This document shows positions 49,353 to 59,011 of a stretch of 64,000 nucleotides of DNA, in pieces; the stretch's first letter is position 1, and each line of letters opens with the position of its first letter. Made by a program: the position numbers and the translations under genes. Below the pieces are notes generated by a model. That model made no database searches and was not told where the DNA came from. It worked only from the letters and a program-made list of their open reading frames with translations. Source of the DNA: Lysobacterales bacterium (GTDB lineage Bacteria; Pseudomonadota; Gammaproteobacteria; Xanthomonadales; UBA2363); NCBI GenBank assembly GCA_023228845.1, contig JALOAK010000009.1, forward strand, positions 14,007 through 78,006, read 5' to 3'.

Positions 49353-50714
49353 ATGCTGAAACCAGGCCAGCGCGACCTGTACGCCGACGCGCTGCGCGCC
49401 GGCGCTTTGCTGGTAGTGGTGCTCGGCCACTGGCTGGCGACGCTGCCGCAACTGGAAGACGGCCGCCTGCTGGCAACCGGGCATCTGCTCGGCCAGTGGC
49501 CGCCCGCCGATGCGCTTACCTGGCTGGTGCAGGTGGTGCCGGTGTTCGTTTTCGTGTCTGGAGCGGTTTCGGTCCCCGGCGTCCTGGCCCGCCTGGCGGG
49601 CCGCCAGCAGCAGCGTCACTGGTGGGCCGGTCGCGCCCTGGCGCTGGCCCGGCCGGCGGTGACCTATCTGGCCCTGCTGGCGGCGCTTGCGCTGGTGGCA
49701 CAAGTCACCGGCGGCCGCCTGCTGGCCGCCTTCAACCAGTCGCTGACCATCCACCTGTGGTTCCTGCCCATGCTGCTGGCGGTGCAGGCGCTGCTGCCGT
49801 GGGCGGTGCGCGCCGACCGGCGTTTCGGTTTGCGCGCAGTGGCTGCCCTGGTGCTGCTGGCAGCGCTGGCCGACCTGATCCGGGCCGGCATCACCTCGCC
49901 GGCACAACTGGCCCAGCTCGGCGCCCGGGTCAGCGCCGCGCCGCCGGGCATCGGCTGGCTCAACCTGCTGGTCGTGTGGCTGATACCGCAACAGCTTGGA
50001 ATCGCCTGGCAGCAGAGCCGCCTGGCGGGTGCCCGCGCCGGTGCCGGCTTGCTGGCGCTGGCGGTGGTCTGGTTGGTCTTGGCCACCAGCAGCGGCTATC
50101 CGGTGGCCATGGTCGGCGTCACCCTGGCCGGCAACAACATGCTGCCGCCGAGCCTGGCCCTGATCGGTGTGATCTGGCTGCAGGTCGCCCTGGTGCTGTT
50201 GTGCGAACGGCCGGCGCGCAGGTTCCTGGCCCGGCATCAGGCGACACGGGTGATCGCCATCGCCGCGGCTCTGGGCATGCCGCTGTACCTGTGGCACAAG
50301 CTGGCCGAGTTGCCGGCGGCCTGGCTCGCCGAATCGCTGCTGCGAGTGCTGGAGCGCGGGGCACAGTCAGCATCCGATGCCGGTGTCATCGCCGCAATTG
50401 CCGGCGGGTTGGCCGCCGCGCTGGCGGCACCCGGGCCGGAGGCGCCCGGCTTCTGGCTCGGCCGCGTGCTGTGGCTGGTTTTGTGTGCGCTGATGGTGGC
50501 GCCGGTGCTGGCCGCCGTGGTCGGTTTCGAGCGCAGCCGCCGGCCGCGGCGCGAGCCCGCCGATGCTCTGCTGCCGGTTTTGGCTGGCGCCGTGGCGCTG
50601 TTCGCCGGCCTGATCGTGGCCATGGCCCTGGGCGTGATGCCCGGTGGCCTCATCGGCCTGGTCGGCGTGGTGGCGGCATCGTGGTTGCTGCGGGCCCATC
50701 CACAACCGCGGTGA
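49353..50714 (+). CDS. Acyltransferase family 3 integral membrane protein
   Basis: LYADALRAGALLVVVLGHW is the typical acyltransferase_3 start. About 10 hydrophobic segments follow. Confidence 0.75.
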   Translation: MLKPGQRDLYADALRAGALLVVVLGHWLATLPQLEDGRLLATGHLLGQWPPADALTWLVQVVPVFVFVSGAVSVPGVLARLAGRQQQRHWWAGRALALARPAVTYLALLAALALVAQVTGGRLLAAFNQSLTIHLWFLPMLLAVQALLPWAVRADRRFGLRAVAALVLLAALADLIRAGITSPAQLAQLGARVSAAPPGIGWLNLLVVWLIPQQLGIAWQQSRLAGARAGAGLLALAVVWLVLATSSGYPVAMVGVTLAGNNMLPPSLALIGVIWLQVALVLLCERPARRFLARHQATRVIAIAAALGMPLYLWHKLAELPAAWLAESLLRVLERGAQSASDAGVIAAIAGGLAAALAAPGPEAPGFWLGRVLWLVLCALMVAPVLAAVVGFERSRRPRREPADALLPVLAGAVALFAGLIVAMALGVMPGGLIGLVGVVAASWLLRAHPQPR

Positions 50715-50777
50715 AGGGCAGGGCGGCCGACAACCAATGCCTGCCGGCCCGGATGACGGCCAGCGCGGGCGGCAGGT

Positions 50778-51014
50778 TCAGCCGCTGCAGCCGCCGCAGC
50801 ACACCGAGGGCTGGAGTTCGATGTCGGCGACTGCAAGCGGGTGGTCAATATCGCCGAAGGCCTCGACGATATCCGCGGCTTCCAGCCAGGTGGCGATGCG
50901 CAGCCTGCCGGTGTCGGCCTGGAAATCGACCAGCGCGGCGGGATCGGCCCGTTGCAGAACCGCGCCAAGTGCGGTCAGGTCCGGCCGGGAATCGAGGTGG
51001 ATGTGGAATTCCAT
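50778..51014 (-). CDS. 78-aa protein with HMA-like pattern and C-terminal CCGGCSG
   Basis: ATG (CAT 51012-51014) follows GGAG. MEFHIHLDS...LRIATWLEAADIVEAFGD...IELQPSVCCGGCSG. There is no N-terminal CxxC. Confidence 0.5.
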   Translation of the reverse strand: MEFHIHLDSRPDLTALGAVLQRADPAALVDFQADTGRLRIATWLEAADIVEAFGDIDHPLAVADIELQPSVCCGGCSG

Positions 51015-51325
51015 GAGGGCTGCTCCATGGCCGGATTGGGTCCAGCCTGGTCGCAAGTTTCGCCTGCCGGCTGCTGCCGCGCACTGATCCGGATCAGCCA
51101 GCGGCGCTGTCACCGTAGCCCGCCCAGGTGGCCCGTTGGGCGGCATTTGGGCAGCAATGCGCGGCGGCAGGAGTAGGATGGATGCAGGCCCAAGCGGCGG
51201 CTGCCTGCGCCCGGCCCATGTGCGGCAGGTGAGCGCAGGGAGGCCGCGGCAAGGCCATCGCTGGCGCCAGCGTGCGCCTGGCCCGATCAGCAATTTCGAT
51301 CAGCGACCTGTGCAGGAGACCGACC

Positions 51326-51718
51326 ATGAAACCAAGCCTTGCCCCCTTCGCCGCGCCGGCCATCGCCGGCCTGTCCGCGCTGCTGCTGCTGGCGTTCGCG
51401 CCGGTCGCCCAGGCGCTCGAACCCGCTTCCGAACAGGCCACCCCGCCGGCCGCTGAAACCAGTGCGCCGGAAGTGGTTGCCGGCCAGCGCAATCCCCTGG
51501 AGCTGCCCAGCCTGATCACCGCCACGCCCGAAGACGGCTTCCGCCTGGCGCTCAAGCTGGCGCGCCTGGGCGTCAGCCAGACCCAGCATGACAAGGCCGT
51601 ACTGCACGCCGGCCGGGCCGAGTACGCGCACGACTCGGCGCAGTTGATCCAGGCCTCGCAGACGGTGGCAATCCATTTCCAGACCGTGGCGCAGGCCAAC
51701 AACTTCTGGCGCGATTAG
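51326..51718 (+). CDS. Hypothetical secreted protein
   Basis: AGGAG lies upstream of ATG 51326. Signal peptide MKPSLAPFAAPAIAGLSALLLLAFAPVAQA. Confidence 0.55.
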   Translation: MKPSLAPFAAPAIAGLSALLLLAFAPVAQALEPASEQATPPAAETSAPEVVAGQRNPLELPSLITATPEDGFRLALKLARLGVSQTQHDKAVLHAGRAEYAHDSAQLIQASQTVAIHFQTVAQANNFWRD

Positions 51719-51897
51719 GCGCGTTGAGGGCTGGGCGGGCGTGACCTGCCACCCGCGATCCGCGATCCCGTACCCGGGCGATCGCCGGATTGCGCCGGGC
51801 TGCCGAGCCGATGCTTGCAGCCTTGCGTGTGGCACACCGTGCCGGCCTCCTGACCCACATCAGTGCCCGCGCCGGCGCGCGCCGGCACACTGGCCCC

Positions 51898-52158
51898 ATG
51901 AGCCGCATCGATGACAATCACACCCGCCCTGATACCGGCCCGGCCAGCCCGCCGCAGATCGAGATCGACGGCGCCCTGGTCGCGCGCAGTCTAGGCCTTG
52001 AGGTCGCGCGCTTCCGCGAACTGATGGCCCAGCGCAAGATCGCCGTGCTCTGCGAGCGCGGCACCGGCGACGACGCCGGCCTGTACCGGGCCACGTTCTA
52101 CTACGGCAGCAAACGGCTGCGCCTGGTGGTGGATGAGCAGGGTCAGATAGCTGGGTGA
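51898..52158 (+). CDS. Small hypothetical protein (recalls DUF6522-type proteins, from memory only)
   Basis: ATG 51898. ...IAVLCERGTGDDAGLYRATFYYGSKRLRLVVDEQGQI. Confidence 0.45.
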   Translation: MSRIDDNHTRPDTGPASPPQIEIDGALVARSLGLEVARFRELMAQRKIAVLCERGTGDDAGLYRATFYYGSKRLRLVVDEQGQIAG

Positions 52159-52477
52159 ACCCTGCGGCTTCACCCCTCTGGCTGTGGCTTGACATACCAT
52201 TCCTGGAGCATCGCCAAGCCGACAAGGAACTCTCATCCGGCCGCATCCCGGTCGAGATCTTGAAGCGATACGAGAAGTGGAAGGACATCGCCATGTTGTC
52301 CGGGCCTCAAGGCCTGCGGGCAATCAAGGGCTTTCGGGACGAGGCGTTGGGCGGCGAGTGGAAAGGGCACAGATCCTGCCGATTGAACGAGCAATGGCGG
52401 GTCATCTACACGGTTCAAGCTGACAAGCTCCTTGTCCAAGTCGTTCGTGTCACACCCATGACTACCGGAAACGCTGA
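52155..52477 (+). pseudogene. RelE/HigB-superfamily toxin gene with an apparent 1-nt deletion near its 3' end
   Basis: ...GFRDEALGGEWKGHRSCRLNEQWRVIYTVQADKLLVQVVRVTP is in frame. The expected ending HDYRKR-stop (TGA 52475-52477) is reached only by shifting 1 nt at the CCC run 52455-52457. Confidence 0.6.
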
Positions 52478-52478
52478 T

Positions 52479-52733
52479 ATGCGCAATTACATTCCTGCCA
52501 ACAAGCGCGTGGACGTGACTCCCGGGGAGTCTGTGCGCATCGTTCGCGAGCTCCGGGGATTGAGCCAGACACAGTTGTCCTCGCTTTGCGGCATTCCCCA
52601 GACAGCCATTTCCAGCATCGAGAATGGTCGGGTCAACCTCGGGGTTGAGCGCGCAAAAACCTTGGCTGTCGCACTGCATTGCCATCCGGCCGTTCTGGTC
52701 TTTCCTGGCTGGCAAGTCGAGTCTGCCGCCTGA
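52479..52733 (+). CDS. XRE-family HTH antitoxin (HigA-like)
   Basis: MRNYIP...VRIVRELRGLSQTQLSSLCGIPQTAISSIENGRVNLGVERAKTLAVAL is a classic Cro/C1 HTH. The ATG lies 1 nt after the shifted-frame toxin stop. Confidence 0.75.
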   Translation: MRNYIPANKRVDVTPGESVRIVRELRGLSQTQLSSLCGIPQTAISSIENGRVNLGVERAKTLAVALHCHPAVLVFPGWQVESAA

Positions 52734-53448
52734 CAATGCCTCACAGCGGGAGACGGGCCATCGTGTACCTCACATTATTTTCTGCCCGCTGCTTAACGCC
52801 GCTGGCTCCCCACAGCGAGATCAATGAGACGTGCAAAGCGAACGACCTGCCGGTACCCTCCAGATAGACCCTCAGCAAGGCTTCGGGCCTCACCTTTCGG
52901 ATGCGTTTCTCGACCTGTATGGTGAGGACTCGGTCTTTGTAAACGCTGCTGTAGATTTGCTCACCTGGCAATTCGTAGCCGTTCTTATCAAAGCTGAAAA
53001 GCTCCCTGCAGACTTTGTGCCAATTCAATACGGCACTCCCGAGATGCGGCACACCCTCGACGCCCTTCTCAAGACTCTTGCTGGCCGCGGCTTGGAAAAG
53101 CCTTCCACGGCGCTCATGCGGTCTGCTGTAGGGCAGGAACAGCCGCAGGCCTTTCAAACCGCAGCCAGCACCTTGCTTGGGTACGATCTGGTGTCGCGGT
53201 GGTTGCAGCGGTTAGAGCAACACAACTATGCGGGTGCTGACGCGTTATTGGCCATGCAGTAGCTGGACGCGCCGCTTCGCTGCGCAGCTTCCAGCAACTG
53301 GGTGTTGACTCCCGGTCGGCAGGCAAAGGCCTGACGTGGCATCTCAAGAGCTCTGGGAAGGTTTTCGCGCATCGTGACCAATGGCACGCTCTGAGATCAC
53401 AGCAGAAGCCATTCAATTGAACTCTTAGGGCTGAAGGACGAGTACTGC

Positions 53449-54144
53449 ATGGTCGATCTACAAAGAGCAGGTGGCATCGCCGCAGTGCTCCAGGCGCTGG
53501 CGTATGTCGTGGGATTTGCTGTTCTGGCCACGTTGCTCAATCCTGGGAACACAGAGAGCTGGAGCTCTGAGCAGCGGCTCGATTTCATCCTGGAAAGGAA
53601 GCTGGGCTTCCAGATCTGGATGAACTTCATCTACGTGGTCTTCGGCATCGCACTGGTCATCCTGGCTACGGCACTTCACGAACGGCTCAAGAATCATCTG
53701 CCGGGATTGATGCAAGTGGCAACAGCTTTCGGCCTGATCTGGGCGGGTCTTGTGATCGCCAGCGGCATGGTTTCGAGCGTCGGGCTGGAAAGTGTGGCTG
53801 CGCTTCATGCCGAAGACCTTGAACAGGCTGTGTCGTTATGGCATGCGGTAAATGCTATACAACTCGGTCTTGGGGGCGGTGTCGAGATCGTTGGCGGGTT
53901 GTGGGTGCTGTTGATCAGCGTCGCGGCATTGCGCTCCAGAAAGTTGTCAACGACGTTGAGCTATCTTGGCGTCGTGGTCGGCGTTGCCGGTCTCCTAACC
54001 ATTGTGCCTGCGCTCGGCGACCTGGGGATGATATTTGGGCTTGGTCAGATTCTCTGGTTCATCTGGATTGGCTTCCATCTACTTTGTCGCCCCGCCGCTG
54101 ACGACTCATCCAAGCCAACAACGCGCCGGGGCGGAGCAGCGTAG
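53449..54144 (+). CDS. DUF4386-like polytopic membrane protein
   Basis: GAAGGA lies upstream of ATG 53449. Six hydrophobic segments; overall pattern typical of DUF4386. Confidence 0.65.
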   Translation: MVDLQRAGGIAAVLQALAYVVGFAVLATLLNPGNTESWSSEQRLDFILERKLGFQIWMNFIYVVFGIALVILATALHERLKNHLPGLMQVATAFGLIWAGLVIASGMVSSVGLESVAALHAEDLEQAVSLWHAVNAIQLGLGGGVEIVGGLWVLLISVAALRSRKLSTTLSYLGVVVGVAGLLTIVPALGDLGMIFGLGQILWFIWIGFHLLCRPAADDSSKPTTRRGGAA

Positions 54145-54157
54145 GTTTTCAACTGCT

Positions 54158-54620
54158 ATGGACACAGTACGGATCCGGGAAGCAAGGCCTGCAGATGCCT
54201 CTGCCATCTGCGGACTACTGAAGACCATGATTCCGCTCGTGGTCCCGGATACGGCTGATTCGGCAGCGCGCATATTCCTAGAGCCTGCCAGAGGCTGCGG
54301 TGGCGGAGCGCCTTTTGGCCCTGAACTATTCGCACTTTGTCGCCGAGCGCGGCACGGAGTTTTGCGGTTACCTTGCCACCCGGGACGGATCTCACCTTTA
54401 CCATCTGTTCGTCCGGCCTGAGCTTCACAGGCAGGGCATTGGACGTCTGCTGTGGCAGCATCTTCTCCGTGTCAATGGCCCCGGACCCTACACGGTAAAC
54501 TCATCGCTTTCGGCCGTTGCCGTCTATCGAAGCTTCGGTTTTGTCTCCTCCGGGGCGCCACAACTTCACTGCTGCCCACCCTACGTGCCCATGACGTATA
54601 TCGGTGGCAGCCAAGGATGA
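54158..54620 (+). pseudogene. GNAT family N-acetyltransferase interrupted by a frameshift
   Basis: Frame 1 reads MDTVRIREARPADASAICGLL...ARIFLEP. Frame +1 continues (SLPEAA)VAERLLALNYSHFVAERGTEFCGYLATRDGSHLYHLFVRPELHRQGIGRLLWQHL...AVAVYRSFGF. The switch lies between about 54270 and 54300. Confidence 0.65.
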
Positions 54621-54772
54621 CGCTACGTTTGATCTCCCGCTGGCTCATTTCGTGGCGCCAACGCCGCAAGAGCAGTTCACGGTGGTACTGCATGAGCGCG
54701 CCTGAGCATTCGTCGAGGCCGACCGCGCATCGTTCCTGAATTTTTTCGTTCGCCAGTGCTGATACGCTTCCG

Positions 54773-54814
54773 GCTGTCAGCTGTCAGCTGTCAGCTGTCA
54801 GCTGTCAGCCGTCA
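54773..54814. repeat. 6 x 7-nt tandem repeat (GCTGTCA x5 plus GCCGTCA)
   Basis: Read directly. The array ends 65 nt upstream of the yegP ATG. Each unit junction creates CAGCTG. Confidence 0.95.
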
Positions 54815-54879
54815 CCGCAGCGGGCGGCTCAACACAAGCACGCAACTGGATTTCCCTCATCGTTGATACAAGGAGAAAC

Positions 54880-55215
54880 ATGATGGCAGGTTGGTTTGAA
54901 CTGGGTAAAAGCTCGGACGGGCAGTTTCGCTTCGTTCTGAAGGCTGGCAACGCTGAAACCATCCTCACCAGCGAGCTGTACAAATCCCAGGCTTCGGCAA
55001 GGAACGGCATTGCCTCCGTGCAATCGAACTCAGCCGACGCCTCCAGGTACGAGAAGAAGGAGGCGAGCAACGGCAAGCCCTACTTCAACCTCAAGGCAGC
55101 CAATCACCAGGTCATCGGAACCAGTCAAATGTATGCGTCGGTGGCGTCACGAGACGCAGGGATTGCGTCTGTTCAAGCCAATGGCAAAACAACAACAGTG
55201 AAGGACAGCACCTGA
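54880..55215 (+). CDS. yegP: YegP family protein (two DUF1508 repeats)
   Basis: AAGGAG lies upstream. WFELGKSSDGQFRFVLKAGNAETILTSELYKSQASARNGIASVQ and KPYFNLKAANHQVIGTSQMYASVASRDAGIASVQ are the tandem DUF1508 signature. Confidence 0.88.
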   Translation: MMAGWFELGKSSDGQFRFVLKAGNAETILTSELYKSQASARNGIASVQSNSADASRYEKKEASNGKPYFNLKAANHQVIGTSQMYASVASRDAGIASVQANGKTTTVKDST

Positions 55216-55255
55216 CAAGGCATTCAGGCCGAGGCCGCGTCGTGTCCGGCCTGAC

Positions 55256-55681
55256 ATGGGGAGTGCGGTGGTGGTCTACAAGTCCAAAGTCGATACATGG
55301 CTGGTTGCGGTGCTCGCGATTGCCGGCTGTGCTTCCCTGTTCGGCGCAGCCGTCACCGTGGCTGAGGGTTCTGCCATCGCGTGGGCGCTTGGCGTGTTCA
55401 TCGCAGGCATCGGCGCAGCCCTGCCCATCTGGCTGCTGTTGTCGACGCGCTATACCTTGCAGCCAGACCGGCTGATCGTTCAGAGCGGCCCGTTCAAGTG
55501 GCGCGTTCCCGTCGCCGATATCACCGGGGTCACCCCCACTGGCAACCCGCTTTCAAGCCCGGCGTTGTCACTGGACCGGCTTCGTATCGACTATGGGCGC
55601 GGCGCCTCGCTGATGATCTCCCCTCGCGACAAGGACAGGTTCCTCAGCGATTTGGAGGCCGCACGTCGCGGTGGTGCCTGA
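55256..55681 (+). CDS. Membrane protein with bacterial PH domain (bPH_2/YdbS-like)
   Basis: Two N-terminal TM segments, then YTLQPDRLIVQSGPFKWRVPVADITGV...LDRLRIDYG, typical of bPH_2. Confidence 0.7.
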   Translation: MGSAVVVYKSKVDTWLVAVLAIAGCASLFGAAVTVAEGSAIAWALGVFIAGIGAALPIWLLLSTRYTLQPDRLIVQSGPFKWRVPVADITGVTPTGNPLSSPALSLDRLRIDYGRGASLMISPRDKDRFLSDLEAARRGGA

Positions 55682-55775
55682 CTTCGCTACGCGAATAAAT
55701 CGAGACGTTTAACTGCGCCGAGAGCTGCCCGCAAACGTGGCTCGACGTTCGGACGAATGTATTTCCGCGCCGTGT

Positions 55776-56552
55776 ATGGAGAACACGCCGATGCCAGAAG
55801 CAACCGATAGCTCGTGGCGCCGCCGCAAAGACTTGATCATACGCGTGTTGGCGGTTTTGGTCGTGCTGGTTTCGTATTATTCGATCCAGTACATCACCGA
55901 TGTGCTGGCCGTTCGCAGTTTTCTGGATCTGCCTGATGATTGGTGGCTGATTGCGTTCGATCATCATCTTGTCCAGATGATGTGCGCGTTGGCGGCGATC
56001 GCAGTCCTGTCGAGAGGACGCTGGCAAGACTGGGGTCTGAACTTTCGTAATTACCAGGAATCGTTCCGAATACTATGGCGCTTCCTGTATTACTACGGCG
56101 TCTATTTCATAGGCATCGGCTTTGTCGTCCAGCTTCTGTTCTTGCCTGCACGGACCTTGGTTGAGGAACTGGATGCAGGCAATATCATGGGCAGATTGGC
56201 GTTCGGGTTTGTGTTTGTCGGCTTGTCGGAAGAGATTCTGTTCCGTGGCCTGTTTCACACCTTTCTCGGCCTATTCTGGATTGGAATGACACGCTGGCGG
56301 TCAGTCGAGATGCCGTGGGCGGGCTGGATTTCTGCCGCTGTTTTCACCTTGGCCCATATTGGTGTCAGTTTCCCGGCATTTGAAGTCACACATCTGTATG
56401 TGCCGCAGCTTGTGCTGGCTTTCGCACTGGGGCTGTTCTATTCGTGGGCCTACCACCGCACGGGGAGCTTGCTGGCGCCGGTACTGGCGCATAACCTGTC
56501 GAACGGCCTGCTTTGGTCAAGCGAGTATCTGCTTGTATGGCTGAAGACGTGA
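55776..56552 (+). CDS. CPBP family intramembrane glutamic endopeptidase (CAAX protease/Abi)
   Basis: Motifs GLSEEILFRGLFH (EExxxR), AAVFTLAH (FxxxH) and VLAHNLSN (HxxxN). The start is ATG 55776 or 55791. Confidence 0.85.
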   Translation: MENTPMPEATDSSWRRRKDLIIRVLAVLVVLVSYYSIQYITDVLAVRSFLDLPDDWWLIAFDHHLVQMMCALAAIAVLSRGRWQDWGLNFRNYQESFRILWRFLYYYGVYFIGIGFVVQLLFLPARTLVEELDAGNIMGRLAFGFVFVGLSEEILFRGLFHTFLGLFWIGMTRWRSVEMPWAGWISAAVFTLAHIGVSFPAFEVTHLYVPQLVLAFALGLFYSWAYHRTGSLLAPVLAHNLSNGLLWSSEYLLVWLKT

Positions 56553-56583
56553 GGCTCGTGGCGGTGTTCAAATCAGATGCAGA

Positions 56584-57659
<1,076 letters not shown>

Positions 57660-57663
<4 letters not shown>

Positions 57664-58919
57664 GGTTGGTCGTCGATCTTGAACAGGCGTTCGGCGGCGT
57701 CGAGCAGGGCCAGGTCGCCCTGTTCGGCAGCCTGGCGCAACCGGCTGCTGGGCGCGTGCAGCAGGCGGTTGGTAAGCGTGTGCGCGAGCAGTTCCAGCGC
57801 TTCTTCGGGGCTGCGCCCGGCGGCCAGTTCGGCCAGCGCCTTGGCCAGGGCCTGGCTGCGCGCCTGTTCGCCTTCAGCGCGCAACCGGCGCAGCGGGCCG
57901 ACGCTGCCCTGGGCGCGCCACCAGGCCTGGAAGTGGTCGACCTGCAGGTCGATCAGGGCTTCGGCCTCGCGCGCACCGGCGCGGCGCTGGTCCATGTTGC
58001 GTTCGATGATTTCCTTCAGGTCATCGACGGCGTACAGGAAGGCGTCTTCCAGGCGCGCGCATTCGGGATCAATATCGCGCGGCACGGCGAGATCGAGCAG
58101 GAACATCGGCCGGCGGCGACGGATCTTCAGCGCCGCGGCGACCTGCGCCTTGCTGAGTATCCGCTGCCGCGCGCCGGTGGCGCTGAGCACGATGTCGGCC
58201 TCGTGCAGGTGCCGGTCCAGGTCGGCCAGGGGCAGGGTGAAGGCGCCATTGCGGGCCGCCAGCGCCTGCGCGTGTTCGATGGTGCGGTTGGCGATCAGCA
58301 GCCGGCCGACGCCGATCTGTTCCAGATGGCGCAGCGCCAGTTCAATGGTTTCGCCGGCGCCGATCAGCAGCACCGTGGCCTTGCTCAGATCGGTGAAAGC
58401 GTCCTGGGCCAGGCGCACGGCGCAGTACGCCACCGACACCGGATGGCGGCCGATGGCGGTTTCCGTGCGCACCCGCTTGGCGACCGAGAAGGCCTGCTGG
58501 AACAGGCGCTCCAGGGCCGAGCCCAGCGCTCCCTGTTCCTGCGCCAGGCGCCAGGAATCCTTGAGCTGGCCCAGGATCTGGGTTTCGCCCAGGACCATCG
58601 AATCCAGCCCGCTGGCAACCTTGAACAGGTGCCGGATGGCGTCGCCATCACGATGGATGTAGAGCAGTTCATCCAGGCTGCCGGCGGTCAGGTCCTGGTG
58701 CTCGTGCAGCCAGCGCACCAGATCCACCTCGATGCCGGCATCGGCACGGGTGATCAGTTCGGTGCGGTTGCAGGTGTTGACCAGAGCCGCTTCCCGGACG
58801 CCGGGCATGCCGACCAGCACCGGCAAGGCAGCACGCGCGGCGGCGTCGCTGAAGGCGACCCGTTCGCGCCAGGCCAGTGGGGCGCTGCGATGGTTGATCC
58901 CGAGTACGAGTAAGCTCAT
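57660..58919 (-). CDS. hemA: Glutamyl-tRNA reductase
   Basis: Start [14 protein letters not shown] (CAT 58917-58919). TCNRTE active-site Cys, GETQILGQ, and the NADPH motif [10 protein letters not shown]. Confidence 0.95.
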
Positions 58920-59011
58920 GTCTTGGCTGGGCCACGACGCAGTACGCGCCAGGCTTTGGCAGAATGTGATTGTGCGGGCGGGACTCGCCCGCTTCAAGCC
59001 AAGGATCTTCT

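Larger units (their letters stand above)
52155..56575. other. About 4.4-kb low-G+C accessory island abutting the prfA 3' end
   Basis: Hand-counted lines give about 45-52% G+C, against about 70% in the flanks. Contents: TA pair, orphan region, DUF4386, GNAT, yegP, PH-domain protein and CPBP protease. No mobility gene or flanking repeat was seen. Confidence 0.65.

Noticed and set aside
52741-53262. Considered annotating either 52741..53157(-) or 52831..53262(+) as a CDS.
   Set aside because: Both have non-ATG starts and no clear RBS, and the two are mutually exclusive. I recognise no family for either, so the region is left as an open question in the findings rather than as a feature.
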